IMG/VR virus record: IMGVR_UViG_3300043112_000063
Span: 1-64,000 of that record
Direction: 5' to 3' (one strand)
From: a virus
Length of the DNA: 64,000 nt
Part shown: positions 30,101-38,710 of the stretch, piece by piece
How the letters are laid out: each line of letters opens with the position of its first letter
Position numbering within the stretch: the stretch's first letter is position 1
Translations under genes and position numbers: made by a program
Notes under the pieces: generated by a model
Database searches by the model: none
What the model saw: only the letters and a program-made list of their open reading frames with translations
Told to the model about the DNA's origin: nothing

Positions 30101-31424
30101 TGTATTAGCATTAAATTCACAAGGTACTTCTTTTGTAGATGGTTTTTTAAGCGACCCAAATGATTTGTCTGGTGGTGTATTTGATAACGATATATATATT
30201 GGTTATGCCACTACCGCAATAAGTGATAGTTGGTTAGATTTAATTGTAGATGTTGGAACATACGCTTCATTAGCCGAAGCACAAGCCGACCTTGCTGGAA
30301 CAGTCGTTTACTATGAACTCGCAACGCCTATCGAAACAGAATTAGACGTAGACGGAAGCTTAATACAAGATGAAGTAACTACTATTTACCAAGAACATAA
30401 CTTACCTACAAATTATAACATTACTTACACATTAAATAGAGCACAACAAATAGTAACAAACTTACAAGCTGTTAGGTTAGCACAAAGTCAAATAGACACC
30501 ATAGAAGAAACATTAGTAAATAAATCAAATATTGACCATACACACAATGACTTATACGAACCTAAAAATGTTAACATACAAGCTCATATTTCCGATACAG
30601 AAAATCCACACGGGGTAACGAAAGACCAAGTTGGATTAGGAGACGTAGATAACACAAGTGATGCCGATAAACCAGTATCAACAGCACAACAAGCAGCATT
30701 AGACGACAAGGTTGACAAAGTTACTGGAAAAGGTTTATCCGAAAATGATTTTACTGATACACTTAAAGGCAAACTTGATAACATAGCGGAACAGGCAACA
30801 AAAGGTTCAATAAGCGCTATATTAGAAACGTTCAAAAATACATCAAGCAGTAGCAATTATTACACAACTCCAATAAGTACATACAGCGATTATGACTTGT
30901 TATTAATTAAGTTTAAGATTGTACAGGATTCAACAGCTTATTTGGATAATGCATTAATGCCTTCAGCAACAATACTCATTAAACAAGACGATTTAACAAA
31001 CCAAACTGTATTACAAACAACATACAGTTGGGAAGTAAGTTCACAGGCTTATTGGTTAACTTATGGTACAGAGGGTGGTTCATACGATATAGAGAACGCA
31101 GCAAGCACAAGCTCTTCTCATTTACCTAGTCCTTATGAGGCTGGTATTGCTGGTAGAGTTACCACATCATTATTAGAGGTTGCTTATTATAAATCTGTTG
31201 AAGATACAACTACATACACACAAAGAGAAATTGCTAGTGTTTATTTAGAGAAAAACGAAATAAAAACTGCAGTATTAAACACTGGTTCTGACCTTGCAGA
31301 TGCCCCAGTTGAATTAGGAAGAAATATTATTTTAATCAGTGGTTCAAACTACGGAATATCACTTATGGGAACACCAGATAGTTTATTGGCTGTTGAAGTA
31401 GAAATACGAGGAATTAAATTATAA
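24123..31424 (+). CDS. Large tail fibre/receptor-binding protein (2433 aa) with duplicated carbohydrate-binding-like modules
   Basis: Baseplate-type N-terminus; NGDFS-type and KNLF...QLEeG domains; NPHGVTKDQVGLG motif. Confidence 0.8.
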   Translation: MAVIKRFESYFRERQYDDKDLNRYMMPLINEGVVKDDANGKFDIISTDGNVVELDGGSAFIGGDYAYFVEFSKEFSGDTIPLTFTIPTTQDRKDSVIIRVDRDEKSISVVIKQGLSEGLAEYPTLVQDIDGSNMYEFLLYNVDVHTNGTITTSDERTYVSQKWAEEFSGAVKSTDGTFASNSDNKIPTEKATKTYITSVVGLLSNLDTNTTTNIVNAVNELVTDIGVIEGDITALQNAASGNTNAISALDTRVGFLEDDTHTHSNKTAIDAFAVGDKAKLDLIEAEADKYIGWTFNVDGTAHDKITADDVFNFISGENVTITAETADNTIKITSDNTQRSNEEIMDVVNTLIGAGTHTRVTITYNDTEDSLSFVVDPTNLSGERTLDTLTIKSSTGDNYVIPVATTELAGLFTAADKSNLEQALTDIDSIEATLPNKQDVVNLVTAWQTTPDNTHYPSEKLVKDNLDTKQDNKLLTAFQSGESTPDDEHYLSELFIYNNFYTKEDSYSSEEVDTLIARTYTYKGKVADLTALNAITGMTTGDTYYVTAEDANYTWTGTAWEEAPGTVELASSENAGLLSAAGYDKLQNTPTNTISELAKKVDKILTSYTSKSTLAGTERVFIDDAESPKQTTIGDIVDTTYGDSRAFDKTGDYTEDGLKAYASSALTYYLLEKVTDGNYKCNINAGTETDKIYELIMPEATEETLVNISTNNGNDYYPLLLNGEEIPANTISEKQLKVGFDGSNFLTDVNEPLLFEETYTERLASTKDIVTPMAGGTPNFKQLKGRTEGKGKVAYVNKTIDEPIAELNGLSLREVFESNNLVLNSSFETTNGFIEHGSNMTLNNNVLSFERNSLNTYYGTDFRTNLPTLTVGQKLKYFALLNVTQSYDVRLRTAFGTGALTPVDTTLTGIEVNKDFVFTAEREVTSEGVPNHYLNQIGTPETILSPEPILKVKQLILIDINDLGISDTVDMEYYYSLYLARKNITKKVLTYADVFEQFREIENGDFSGGTSNWSNQAPTNSTMTVENGALKVTANADVNASVTQSGNIYGGSRYYISGKFKYSRNYYSNNDNLLYVSTTLGQGITGDLSVQWSLKSFFRTKETDYSAYKLAVLSSLSMLSGDSVWVDDVLMLETKHFDESITKELLDTFRDYYLEHRAHSLYHVSNPEIKTNNKNLFNVGSGSFNGNGLIITTDSDGTITINGTATTTTRINLLNGISGSYASAEAVVSLGNLLKLNSSKSYTIKINEISGTKTVSPNYLLLRENATLIYQTATEGSVGSFSGENIYGAYFIIFSGTFNNYKISVQLEEGSVETPYVTNLNNTISFPVPRLSALDNGVTDMIHYKDGKWTYEQKIGRLVLSGTEITSASLTGTYIDRFAIPITDRKTSQSNATFEGLHLIPGFFGKTYADSLENEYTTYDNIDSDYIWLVVPKGTYVDIAAANAALIGTEIIYQLATPVITEIEPTGGILQDTVTHVEQLQELPTEYTIEYTLNEEQQTVLNTQKIINNQNDILEIESDITAIQLNIDAIETDILDLQNNKFDKTGGTISSDVTIDGDLVVNGLTTITTEPLFSQVSYSDKIVSTKDVLTPLKDGSPQLTSVEGMLLDSEQLVDNGDFSDGTTGWAPIRATGSVTNGIYSLVGDGSNASPYLRSDGTWLGGKNYFNAKVRVTNSDCTVILIQIIDGATNPTIIINTPTINTWYNISNVITVGAFTQVRIQHTYADVTTANGKVMEIDYGYNFYIDTLIANKQYSPLYSTTFDLMSDAEIKAQMDLWVNNGTLPNGIQDVTNPSYSAVGKNLFDPSLDLTTLPIAVSGQTRILELTVKPNTQYTLSSNIDETNLANIYFNGGSTSLNGVWLNKPITSTSDSNGLLVIYFRYANYESGSQTIEELNQAIKDGTNFIQLEQGDTATDYEPYKSGTQSFKHLDGSDLHLRRLPNQTHDTVKLINGKYYKIERVKAYTLQESDIANLYTSSTNVDLVRVAKTSLVGIDVLALNSQGTSFVDGFLSDPNDLSGGVFDNDIYIGYATTAISDSWLDLIVDVGTYASLAEAQADLAGTVVYYELATPIETELDVDGSLIQDEVTTIYQEHNLPTNYNITYTLNRAQQIVTNLQAVRLAQSQIDTIEETLVNKSNIDHTHNDLYEPKNVNIQAHISDTENPHGVTKDQVGLGDVDNTSDADKPVSTAQQAALDDKVDKVTGKGLSENDFTDTLKGKLDNIAEQATKGSISAILETFKNTSSSSNYYTTPISTYSDYDLLLIKFKIVQDSTAYLDNALMPSATILIKQDDLTNQTVLQTTYSWEVSSQAYWLTYGTEGGSYDIENAASTSSSHLPSPYEAGIAGRVTTSLLEVAYYKSVEDTTTYTQREIASVYLEKNEIKTAVLNTGSDLADAPVELGRNIILISGSNYGISLMGTPDSLLAVEVEIRGIKL

Positions 31425-31481
31425 ACAGTAAGGGTGGCGTAAAAACCACCCCTACAAACATTAAGAATGGAGATTAGATAA

Positions 31482-32747
31482 ATGGGAGTAAGACAAGAAG
31501 ACAATATAATTATTCCGATAAAAATATTGGAGTACAGTTCAGAAAGAGACCAGATAGAGTTTATTCACCAAGTAACTAACTACAAATCACTTAGGTTTGC
31601 TAGTGATTGGGGAAATGTCGGTACTTTTACAATAGAAATAAACGCAGATAAGCCAAAAGCAAACGAATTTATAGTCGGAAGATTTATACAAGTAGGAAAC
31701 GAAATTGGAAGACAGGGATTTGTTTCGAAGGTAAGTAGAAGAATGGCTGTTGGTGACGATGGGATTGTGAGAAATACCTTACTTGTAAGTGGTATGCAAT
31801 TAAAAGGCTTACTTTATTTCACATTAGCAATGCCACCAGGAGGAGTTTATGCTGGTGGAGACCCAGAAACAGGAATTTGGCAATGGTTTGATGCTGATGG
31901 AGATATTGTAGATATCACAACGGTAGATTACTATGGTACGGGTATTAGTTACGACATTTATGAAAACGTGGTTACAGAAACCATTATGAAGGATATTGTT
32001 TTTAATAACAGGAAAGTTAACTTCCTACCATTTCAAAACATACCACAGTTAGAAATAGAACCAGATTATGAACGTGGTATTATACACGAATACGAATCGT
32101 TTAGATTTAAAAAAGTAAGTGATGTACTTGATTACTTATCATCAGCAAGTGGACTTGGTTGGAACATTGTTATTGATGAAGGTAAACTTTTATTTAAAAT
32201 TATAGAAGGTGTAGATAGAAGTGCCGAACAATCAGTTAACGACCGTGTTATATTTGCTTTTAATAGAGGTAATGTTAGTAGAGTAGAGTATGTAGAAGAT
32301 TCAATGGAGTCAAACAACCAAATACTAGTTGGAGGACAAGGAGAAGGAACTGAAAGACAACTACTTTTAGTTGGTCAGTTCGATAAAACTGGAATGAATT
32401 CACAATTTGGTTTTGTTGACGCTAGGGATGTTGAAACACTAGAAGGTCTTGAAACACGTGGACTCCAAAAAATAGCAGAGAGAAAAAGTACACAAGCGAT
32501 ATCCGTTACTGGATTTAGTAAAAAAGTACTTGTTAAACTTGGTACACACTACAATTTAGGTGATATCGTAACCATAAAAATAGAAGACTGGAATTTAACT
32601 TTACACGTTAGAGTAACTAGTGTTGTCGAAAGACAAACTATAGACAATGCTGGTACACTAGAATTTGAATTTGGAACAAAAAGTTTATCCTTAGAAAGTT
32701 TAATTAGGAAAAACTTTAGTGAAATAGATAACGAAGTATTAAAATAA
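31482..32747 (+). CDS. Siphovirus ReqiPepy6 gp37-like tail protein (Tal/hub)
   Basis: GQGEGTER, FVDARD, YNLGDIV motifs. Confidence 0.8.
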   Translation: MGVRQEDNIIIPIKILEYSSERDQIEFIHQVTNYKSLRFASDWGNVGTFTIEINADKPKANEFIVGRFIQVGNEIGRQGFVSKVSRRMAVGDDGIVRNTLLVSGMQLKGLLYFTLAMPPGGVYAGGDPETGIWQWFDADGDIVDITTVDYYGTGISYDIYENVVTETIMKDIVFNNRKVNFLPFQNIPQLEIEPDYERGIIHEYESFRFKKVSDVLDYLSSASGLGWNIVIDEGKLLFKIIEGVDRSAEQSVNDRVIFAFNRGNVSRVEYVEDSMESNNQILVGGQGEGTERQLLLVGQFDKTGMNSQFGFVDARDVETLEGLETRGLQKIAERKSTQAISVTGFSKKVLVKLGTHYNLGDIVTIKIEDWNLTLHVRVTSVVERQTIDNAGTLEFEFGTKSLSLESLIRKNFSEIDNEVLK

Positions 32748-32768
32748 TTTAGATAGGAGGACAACAAG

Positions 32769-33077
32769 ATGAAAAAGAAAACAAAAACAAGAGTCAAGAA
32801 AAGATTGACAAACGCAGCAGTGTGGTTATATACTATCGCTAATGCCGTTTTGGTAACAGCAGCAACAGCAACATTCCTAACGGGAAACGAAACAATTGCT
32901 TATATTTTAGTTGGCTGTGAAGTAGTAGTTAACGTATTAGCATCAATTAATAACCCAGACTTCAAAGGAATGATTAAAGACAAAGAGTATATCGTAGACA
33001 CAGCAGAAGAAGCCGCAGAAACTGCACAAAAAATCCACGAAGCTCTTGATAAAGCAAAAGATAAGTTGGGTAAATAA
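32769..33077 (+). CDS. Holin-like membrane protein
   Basis: Two hydrophobic segments, basic N-terminus, NNP motif. Confidence 0.6.
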   Translation: MKKKTKTRVKKRLTNAAVWLYTIANAVLVTAATATFLTGNETIAYILVGCEVVVNVLASINNPDFKGMIKDKEYIVDTAEEAAETAQKIHEALDKAKDKLGK

Positions 33078-33084
33078 ACGGTAA

Positions 33085-33393
33085 ATGAATTTACTGGAAA
33101 TAATCGCTATTGTTGTCAGTACTATCTTTACAGTATCGTTAATACTTGGTTGGGTGCTTAAAACTTGGTTGAAAGGAGAATTACAGACGTTAACTGTAGC
33201 AGTACAGTTGTTAAATAGTTCTGTTGACCATTTTGTTGAGCATCAGAAAGATTTAACTGGAAGGGTAGAACGACTAGATAATTTTTCACACAACAATAGG
33301 GAGCGAATCATAAAAGCAGAAACAAGAATAGATGCGGCACATAACCGATTTGACTCCATAGAGAAAAAGAAGGACACCAACGAAAATAATTAA
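33085..33393 (+). CDS. Membrane-anchored coiled-coil protein (lysis module)
   Basis: N-terminal TM helix; AHNRFD motif. Confidence 0.55.
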   Translation: MNLLEIIAIVVSTIFTVSLILGWVLKTWLKGELQTLTVAVQLLNSSVDHFVEHQKDLTGRVERLDNFSHNNRERIIKAETRIDAAHNRFDSIEKKKDTNENN

Positions 33394-33727
33394 GTTAGTT
33401 TATAAGATGGCTATGTTTGTTTACACCCCCTACAGATGTAGCCATTCTTATTTTCTATAAAATAACCTCTTTACATTTAACCATAAATATGTTATAATAT
33501 TAAGGAAGAAAATAGTTATAGTAAAAAGAGGGATATTTTTGCCAAGAAAACACACAAATAGTCAAGGTATTAATTACGATACTGAACGCTATAAAAAGAA
33601 AAAAATTCAAAATATGCTAAGAGAAGCACGTAAGAATAACAAGGAAATTAAAAAATCCAGAAAAAATAAAAAGTAACTCTTTACAAACATTATTATATAT
33701 GTTATAATATGGTTGGTAAATTGTTAT

Positions 33728-33804
33728 GGCTGTGTAGCCCAACTGGCAGAGGCGTTAGGCTTAGACCCTATACAGTGTGAGTTCGAATCTCACCACAGTC
33801 ACCA
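33728..33804 (+). tRNA. tRNA-Leu(TAG), short variable loop
   Basis: Cloverleaf, CCA encoded. Confidence 0.85.
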
Positions 33805-33824
33805 AAATAAAAAAGGAGTGTAAT

Positions 33825-34037
33825 ATGTCTAGAGAAATAGATTATGATTTAATAGAAAAGAATATTGAAACCGAAATATATTATCAAGATGATAAAATAA
33901 TTGATATTCTTTGGGATAGTCCATATGTAGGTTTTGGACATTTAACATTAGACAAGAACACAAAAGAAATAATTGATGATGAATTTATGTCTAAAGAATT
34001 TTGTGATATTGTTATTAAAAAAACGAAAGGAGTATAA
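33825..34037 (+). CDS. Hypothetical protein
   Basis: ATG after AAGGAG. Confidence 0.6.
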   Translation: MSREIDYDLIEKNIETEIYYQDDKIIDILWDSPYVGFGHLTLDKNTKEIIDDEFMSKEFCDIVIKKTKGV

Positions 34038-34145
34038 TATGGAAGATAGAACTTTATATCAATTATGTATTCAAGCCTTAAGATATGCTCGACAAAGAGA
34101 TAATCATTTAGCTCCAGCAGTCGCAGTTGATAATATAAAAGACGT

Positions 34146-34322
34146 ATGGTTGTTAGGCCCAATAAACAACAATTAGTAGAGGAAGTTCTTAGTATGGGAA
34201 TGAGCGCTACTGGTAGAAAATATGGTGTTACACTTCAATCAATAAGTAAGTGGTTATACAATTATAATTTACCACATAAATACAAAGATTTAAAAAAATT
34301 ATATATAGATACGGTGCTGTAG
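34146..34322 (+). pseudogene. Remnant HTH resembling the C-terminus of phage HNH homing endonucleases
   Basis: RPNKQQLVEEV...SATGRKYGVTLQSISKWL; no nuclease domain; stop codon falls inside tRNA-Asn. Confidence 0.45.
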
Positions 34323-34390
34323 CTAAACTGGTAAAGCGTCTGACTGTTAATCAGAAGATTCTGTGGGTTCGAGTCCCATCGGCACCGCCA
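34313..34390 (+). tRNA. tRNA-Asn(GTT)
   Basis: Cloverleaf, CCA. Confidence 0.9.
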
Positions 34391-34394
34391 ATAT

Positions 34395-34470
34395 GGTCGG
34401 GTAGCTCAGTAGGAAGAGCGGTAGGTTGAAGCCCTACGCGTCGCAAGTTCGATTCTTGTCTCGACCACCA
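34395..34470 (+). tRNA. tRNA-Phe(GAA)
   Basis: Cloverleaf, CCA. Confidence 0.9.
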
Positions 34471-34479
34471 ATAAAGGAA

Positions 34480-35256
34480 ATGATTGTTTTGAGAAAAAAA
34501 GCGTGGCAACGATTACTTAGAGAAAAAGTAAGTGAACAACTAAACGAAACAACAGAAGATAAAGCAAAACAAATACGAATAGAACCAGAGTTTGCGGAAG
34601 TTAAAGTAATAACAAACGAGTTAGCAAAAACTATTATATTACAGTATGAGTGGTTAAAGACAATGCCACCAGCGGCGTTCTTAAGTACAGGATTATTTAT
34701 TGACGGTGAGTTGGCTGGAGTAGAAGTTTTTGTTAGCGCTAAAGCTGGTGGACACTATACGTATTTAAAGGAACAAGCAACTGTTTTAGCAAGGGGAGCT
34801 TGTGTACATTGGGCTCCGAAATGGGCGAATTCCTATTTAGTTTCTAAATCATTAAAAATACTTAGGGATTATTACGAAGGAGAACCACGATATGTTCTCG
34901 CTTACAGTGATTGGGAAGCCGGAGAACTTGGTACTATTTATCAAGCAACAAACTGGACGTACACAGGACACAGAAAAGTTCCAGAATGGCGAGATAAAAA
35001 TGGTAAGCGTTATGACCAAAATAGACATAGGGATTTAGCGAAAAAATACGATAAAGACTATAAAAAAACCAAGAAACTAAACAAGAAATATGTCGATATG
35101 GTTTATCAACAATTACTAGATAAGGGATTTTATAGAAGTCATACATATAGAGGACGTTATGTTTATGTTATTGGCTATAAAGGAAAAGAAAAAAGTCGTT
35201 TACTCAAAAAATTAAACACGGTAAAAAAACCTTACCCAAAAAGTAATATTAAATAA
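34480..35256 (+). CDS. Mom-like (GNAT-fold) DNA modification protein
   Basis: NSYLVSKSL...LAYSD...GTIYQATNW motif; start moved past tRNA-Phe. Confidence 0.7.
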   Translation: MIVLRKKAWQRLLREKVSEQLNETTEDKAKQIRIEPEFAEVKVITNELAKTIILQYEWLKTMPPAAFLSTGLFIDGELAGVEVFVSAKAGGHYTYLKEQATVLARGACVHWAPKWANSYLVSKSLKILRDYYEGEPRYVLAYSDWEAGELGTIYQATNWTYTGHRKVPEWRDKNGKRYDQNRHRDLAKKYDKDYKKTKKLNKKYVDMVYQQLLDKGFYRSHTYRGRYVYVIGYKGKEKSRLLKKLNTVKKPYPKSNIK

Positions 35257-35270
35257 GAAAGGACTACACA

Positions 35271-35825
35271 ATGTTCACATCAATTACATATGGAAAATTA
35301 ACAAAAGAACAAGTGTTTATGAAGATACTTGAAAGAATAGAACAAATAAAACGAAATGGTTATGAATATGAAATTGCTGTTGGAACAGATAGTCAAACAT
35401 ATAGAAAAACTAACATTGTAAGAAGTATAGTACTATTAGAAAAAACACACGGTGGAATATACTTTAGTAGTAAGAAAAGAATAAAAAGATTTAATGACCT
35501 ACAACCTAAAATATATGCTGAGGTTTCTGAAACACTAACTTTAGCAGATGAGTTAAGAACGTTTTTAAAAGAAAAAGGTTTTTCAACCGAAGAAATAATT
35601 GATAATTTAGTTGTAGATTTAGATATTGGTAGTAATGGTTTAACTTGTGATTTTATTCAGGGAATAACTGGTTGGGTAAAGGCTTATGGATTTAAGTTTA
35701 GATTAAAACCTTCTAGTGTTGCTGCAAGTAGAGTTTCTGATAAATTAAGTAAACGTGGAGCAGATTCAACTACAATAAAACCACACATAAGACCAAAAGA
35801 TAAAAGAAAAAAGAGTAAAAAGTAG
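35271..35825 (+). CDS. RNase H-like YkuK (DUF458) family protein
   Basis: AVGTDSQ, HGGIYF, DIGSNG, KPSSVAAS motifs. Confidence 0.8.
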   Translation: MFTSITYGKLTKEQVFMKILERIEQIKRNGYEYEIAVGTDSQTYRKTNIVRSIVLLEKTHGGIYFSSKKRIKRFNDLQPKIYAEVSETLTLADELRTFLKEKGFSTEEIIDNLVVDLDIGSNGLTCDFIQGITGWVKAYGFKFRLKPSSVAASRVSDKLSKRGADSTTIKPHIRPKDKRKKSKK

Positions 35826-35862
35826 AGTACCACTTCGCGCAATTACACTACTTTTTATAGAT

Positions 35863-35936
35863 GCGGGTGTCGTCTAATGGTAGGGCCTAAGACTTCCAAT
35901 CTTAAGATAGGGGTTCGATTCCCCTCACCCGCTCCA
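35863..35936 (+). tRNA. tRNA-Gly(TCC)
   Basis: Cloverleaf, U73, CCA. Confidence 0.9.
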
Positions 35937-36136
35937 TTAACTTATAGTGTCCGATTATTCGGAATATACGTTCTACGTTAAGTAGACACATAAGACTCAC
36001 TGTCCGCCCATTTGAAAAATGAAGACAGTGCAAAAACCAAGTTGGCACAGATAGAGGTGTTGTATGTGGTTTCCGTTAATACGCGAACAACGGTTTGACA
36101 TACAAGATATGGATTCGCGCCCATATTCCACAATAG

Positions 36137-36215
36137 GCTGGAGTAGCTCAAATGGTGGCAGAGCAACTGACTTGTAATCAGTAGGTTGTAGGTTCGATTC
36201 CTATCTCCAGCACCA
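36137..36215 (+). tRNA. tRNA-Thr(TGT)
   Basis: Cloverleaf, CCA. Confidence 0.9.
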
Positions 36216-36395
36216 TTATAAAACAAGACCCGGCAGTTTACCGCTTACCTTTTGATAGCGAACGATAATGTAAACTTATTGGTGACTGTGGGCATTAATA
36301 AAAGAATTAAGCAACAAAGTAATTAGTAATAAGTAGTAACCCTATCTTATATAATTAGTTTGAAGTTTAGTAATATAGGAATAGGAGGAAATAAT

Positions 36396-36593
36396 TTGAA
36401 CGGTACAGTAAAATGGTTTAATGCAGAAAAAGGATACGGATTCATCACCGATGAAGAAGGTAACGATATTTTTGCACACTACTCTGCTATCCAAATGGAT
36501 GGATACAAAGCGTTATCTGAAGGACAAGAAGTTACATTTGATGTTGTAGAAGGACAACGTGGACCACAAGCAGATAATATTAATTTAGTTTAA
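36396..36593 (+). CDS. cspA: Cold-shock protein
   Basis: [15 protein letters not shown]; TTG start after AGGAGG. Confidence 0.92.
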   Translation: MNGTVKWFNAEKGYGFITDEEGNDIFAHYSAIQMDGYKALSEGQEVTFDVVEGQRGPQADNINLV

Positions 36594-36625
36594 AAGATTG
36601 GGGAGCATACTTGCCCCCTTTATAT

Positions 36626-36702
36626 GTTGACTGTACGCTAATTGGAAAGCGGCTAGATTGTGGCTCTAGTGTAAGCGAGTTCGAACCTCGTCAGTCAACC
36701 CA
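36626..36702 (+). tRNA. tRNA-His(GTG)
   Basis: G-1:C73 pair; CCA. Confidence 0.9.
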
Positions 36703-36705
36703 TAT

Positions 36706-36779
36706 TGTAGTGTAGCTCAACGGCAGAGCAGTCGGCTGATAACCGACAGATGGAAGTTCAATTCTTCTCACTACAACCA
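36706..36779 (+). tRNA. tRNA-Ile(GAT)
   Basis: Cloverleaf, CCA. Confidence 0.88.
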
Positions 36780-37048
36780 TTTTGAAAATAAAACAGGAGT
36801 ATCCCTACCTTAGTGGGAACGATAAGACGGTAGTGGTGACGACAGCCCAGCTTTGGCGACCTAGTTACTAGGTTAAAAGAAAAATAGAAGCATGTTATTC
36901 TAGGGCTTGACCCTAGAGTCACTGCTATATTAGCTCGTCTGCCACGTGTAGACAGAGATATTACTTTATCATAAAAGTAGAGTTTTATGGTTTAGTACGG
37001 GAACAGTAAGTCAAAGTGAGTCTGCAGTAAACTTTGCAATTCCCATTC

Positions 37049-37125
37049 GGACCTTTAGCTAAATTGGTCACAGCAGTCGGCTCATAACCGAAAGATTGCG
37101 AGTTCGAGTCTCGTGAGGTCCACCA
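37049..37125 (+). tRNA. tRNA-Ile2(CAT), lysidine type
   Basis: GGACCTT acceptor stem like Bacillota Ile2. Confidence 0.75.
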
Positions 37126-37268
37126 AAAAAGATGATAGATTTGAGATAACATCAAATAGTCTATATATAAAAACTGGGGACGTTGATAGCGTAGTTAAGT
37201 TCAAAGCCCATTTCACCCTAAACTTTGTTTAAAGACTAAACGGGAGGGTGCTCGTTTCCCCTAGAGAA

Positions 37269-37343
37269 CGCACAGTAGCTCAATGGCTGAGCAACACTTT
37301 CATACGGTGTAGGATGCTGGTTCGAGTCCAGTCTGTGCGACCA
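37269..37343 (+). tRNA. tRNA-Met(CAT), elongator
   Basis: Cloverleaf, CCA. Confidence 0.75.
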
Positions 37344-37422
37344 AAAGAAAAATATAAATAGGCTCTTTACTTTTAGAGCCAAATGTGGTATAATATTTAT
37401 AGTAAAAACAATTTATATGTAT

Positions 37423-37496
37423 GGGGCTGTGATGTAATGGAAACATAGGAGTGTTGCATACTTCTTATGGCGGTTCGAATCCGCTCAGCTCCACCA
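37423..37496 (+). tRNA. tRNA-Ala(TGC)
   Basis: G3:U70; CCA. Confidence 0.88.
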
Positions 37497-37520
37497 AAAA
37501 TAGAAAGTAGTTGACTATTT

Positions 37521-37994
37521 GTGCCAAAACTGTCCGTTATTTGTTACCAATGTGGTAAAGAATTCTATAGAGAACGTCGAAAAATAAAAAAGTATAATTT
37601 TTGTAGTATAGAATGTTCTGGAAAAAACAGAAGAAAAAGAATGAAAATTAATTGTTCTTATTGCGGTAAAGAATTTGAAATACTAATTAACAAGTATATA
37701 AATTCTAGAAATAAGAAATTCTTCTGTGTGAGGAAGTGTAAAGATAACGCGCAAAGACTTAATAGTGATAATCCGTGTTTAGAAATACGTCCAAAACATT
37801 ATGGTACTGGAACAAATATTAATTATCGAGATTTAGCAATAAGTAATAATGGTGCTCGATGTGAACGTTGTGGATACGAAGAAAATATAAATGGGTTAGT
37901 CGTTCATCATAGAAATAAAAATAGAGAGGATAACAACTTAGGTAATTTAGAAGTTCTATGTGGAACTTGTCACCTAATAGAGCATTATAGTTAA
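37521..37994 (+). CDS. HNH endonuclease with N-terminal zinc-finger repeats
   Basis: CxxCGKEF repeats; VHHRNKNREDNNLGNLEVLCGTCH. Confidence 0.85.
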   Translation: MPKLSVICYQCGKEFYRERRKIKKYNFCSIECSGKNRRKRMKINCSYCGKEFEILINKYINSRNKKFFCVRKCKDNAQRLNSDNPCLEIRPKHYGTGTNINYRDLAISNNGARCERCGYEENINGLVVHHRNKNREDNNLGNLEVLCGTCHLIEHYS

Positions 37995-38004
37995 TTATTT
38001 ATAC

Positions 38005-38080
38005 GGACACGTAGCTCAACTGGAAGAGCATCTGTTTTACAAGCAGAAGGTTGTAGGTTCAAGTCCTATCGTGTTCACCA
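38005..38080 (+). tRNA. tRNA-Val(TAC)
   Basis: Cloverleaf, CCA. Confidence 0.9.
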
Positions 38081-38227
38081 ACAATTAAATAAAACAAGGT
38101 TTACCCCGATTCCTTATAAAAAAATCGGGGCGTGGTGGTAACATTCAGAAGATAAGGTAAGCTTAAAGTAATTTTAAAAACTCCCTTATCTTACTAAAGA
38201 CCTAAGCTTATAGGGTCTTTAGGTTAT

Positions 38228-38303
38228 CGAGGTGTAGCTCAGTAGGAAGAGCGCCTGGTTTGGGACCAGGAGGCCGTAGGTTCGAGACCTATCACTTCGA
38301 CCA
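38228..38303 (+). tRNA. tRNA-Pro(TGG)
   Basis: Cloverleaf, CCA. Confidence 0.9.
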
Positions 38304-38349
38304 TTTATAAATTATGTTGCGCTTGTTGAAAAGCTTGTGTGACTCTCGA

Positions 38350-38425
38350 GGTTCTGAGGTGTAATTGGATGCATGTCTGGTTGTCAGCCAGGAGGAAGCG
38401 GGTTCGAACCCCGTCTGGACCGCCA
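38350..38425 (+). tRNA. tRNA-Asp(GTC)
   Basis: Cloverleaf, G73, CCA. Confidence 0.85.
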
Positions 38426-38710
38426 TTAAAAAATTACCGAGTATTACGGTTAGAATATAGTACACGAGGAAGATAATGATAGCATTAGTATTACGACAAT
38501 ATTTATATTTGAGTTCTTACTGGTTATGCTCAGAGTCTGAAAAAAGACAATCTTTTTATCGTGGGTTAATGTTGGTGTAATCACACCGATTTATTTATTA
38601 CCTACGACATTTATAATCGTAGGTTTTTTATTTTGTAGGTAGAAGGCGTATATCTACGGATATACAAGTGTTGTCACACACTTAACCACTGACGAGTGGT
38701 AGTGACATTT

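Noticed and set aside
24123-31424. Diversity-generating retroelement acting on the tail fibre
   Set aside because: No reverse transcriptase or adenine-specific TR/VR pair seen in the window
38095-38220. Further hairpin-rich tRNA spacers (also 37170-37265, 38430-38700, 42360-42450)
   Set aside because: Stems are visible, but I could not tell them from ordinary processing or terminator hairpins by eye
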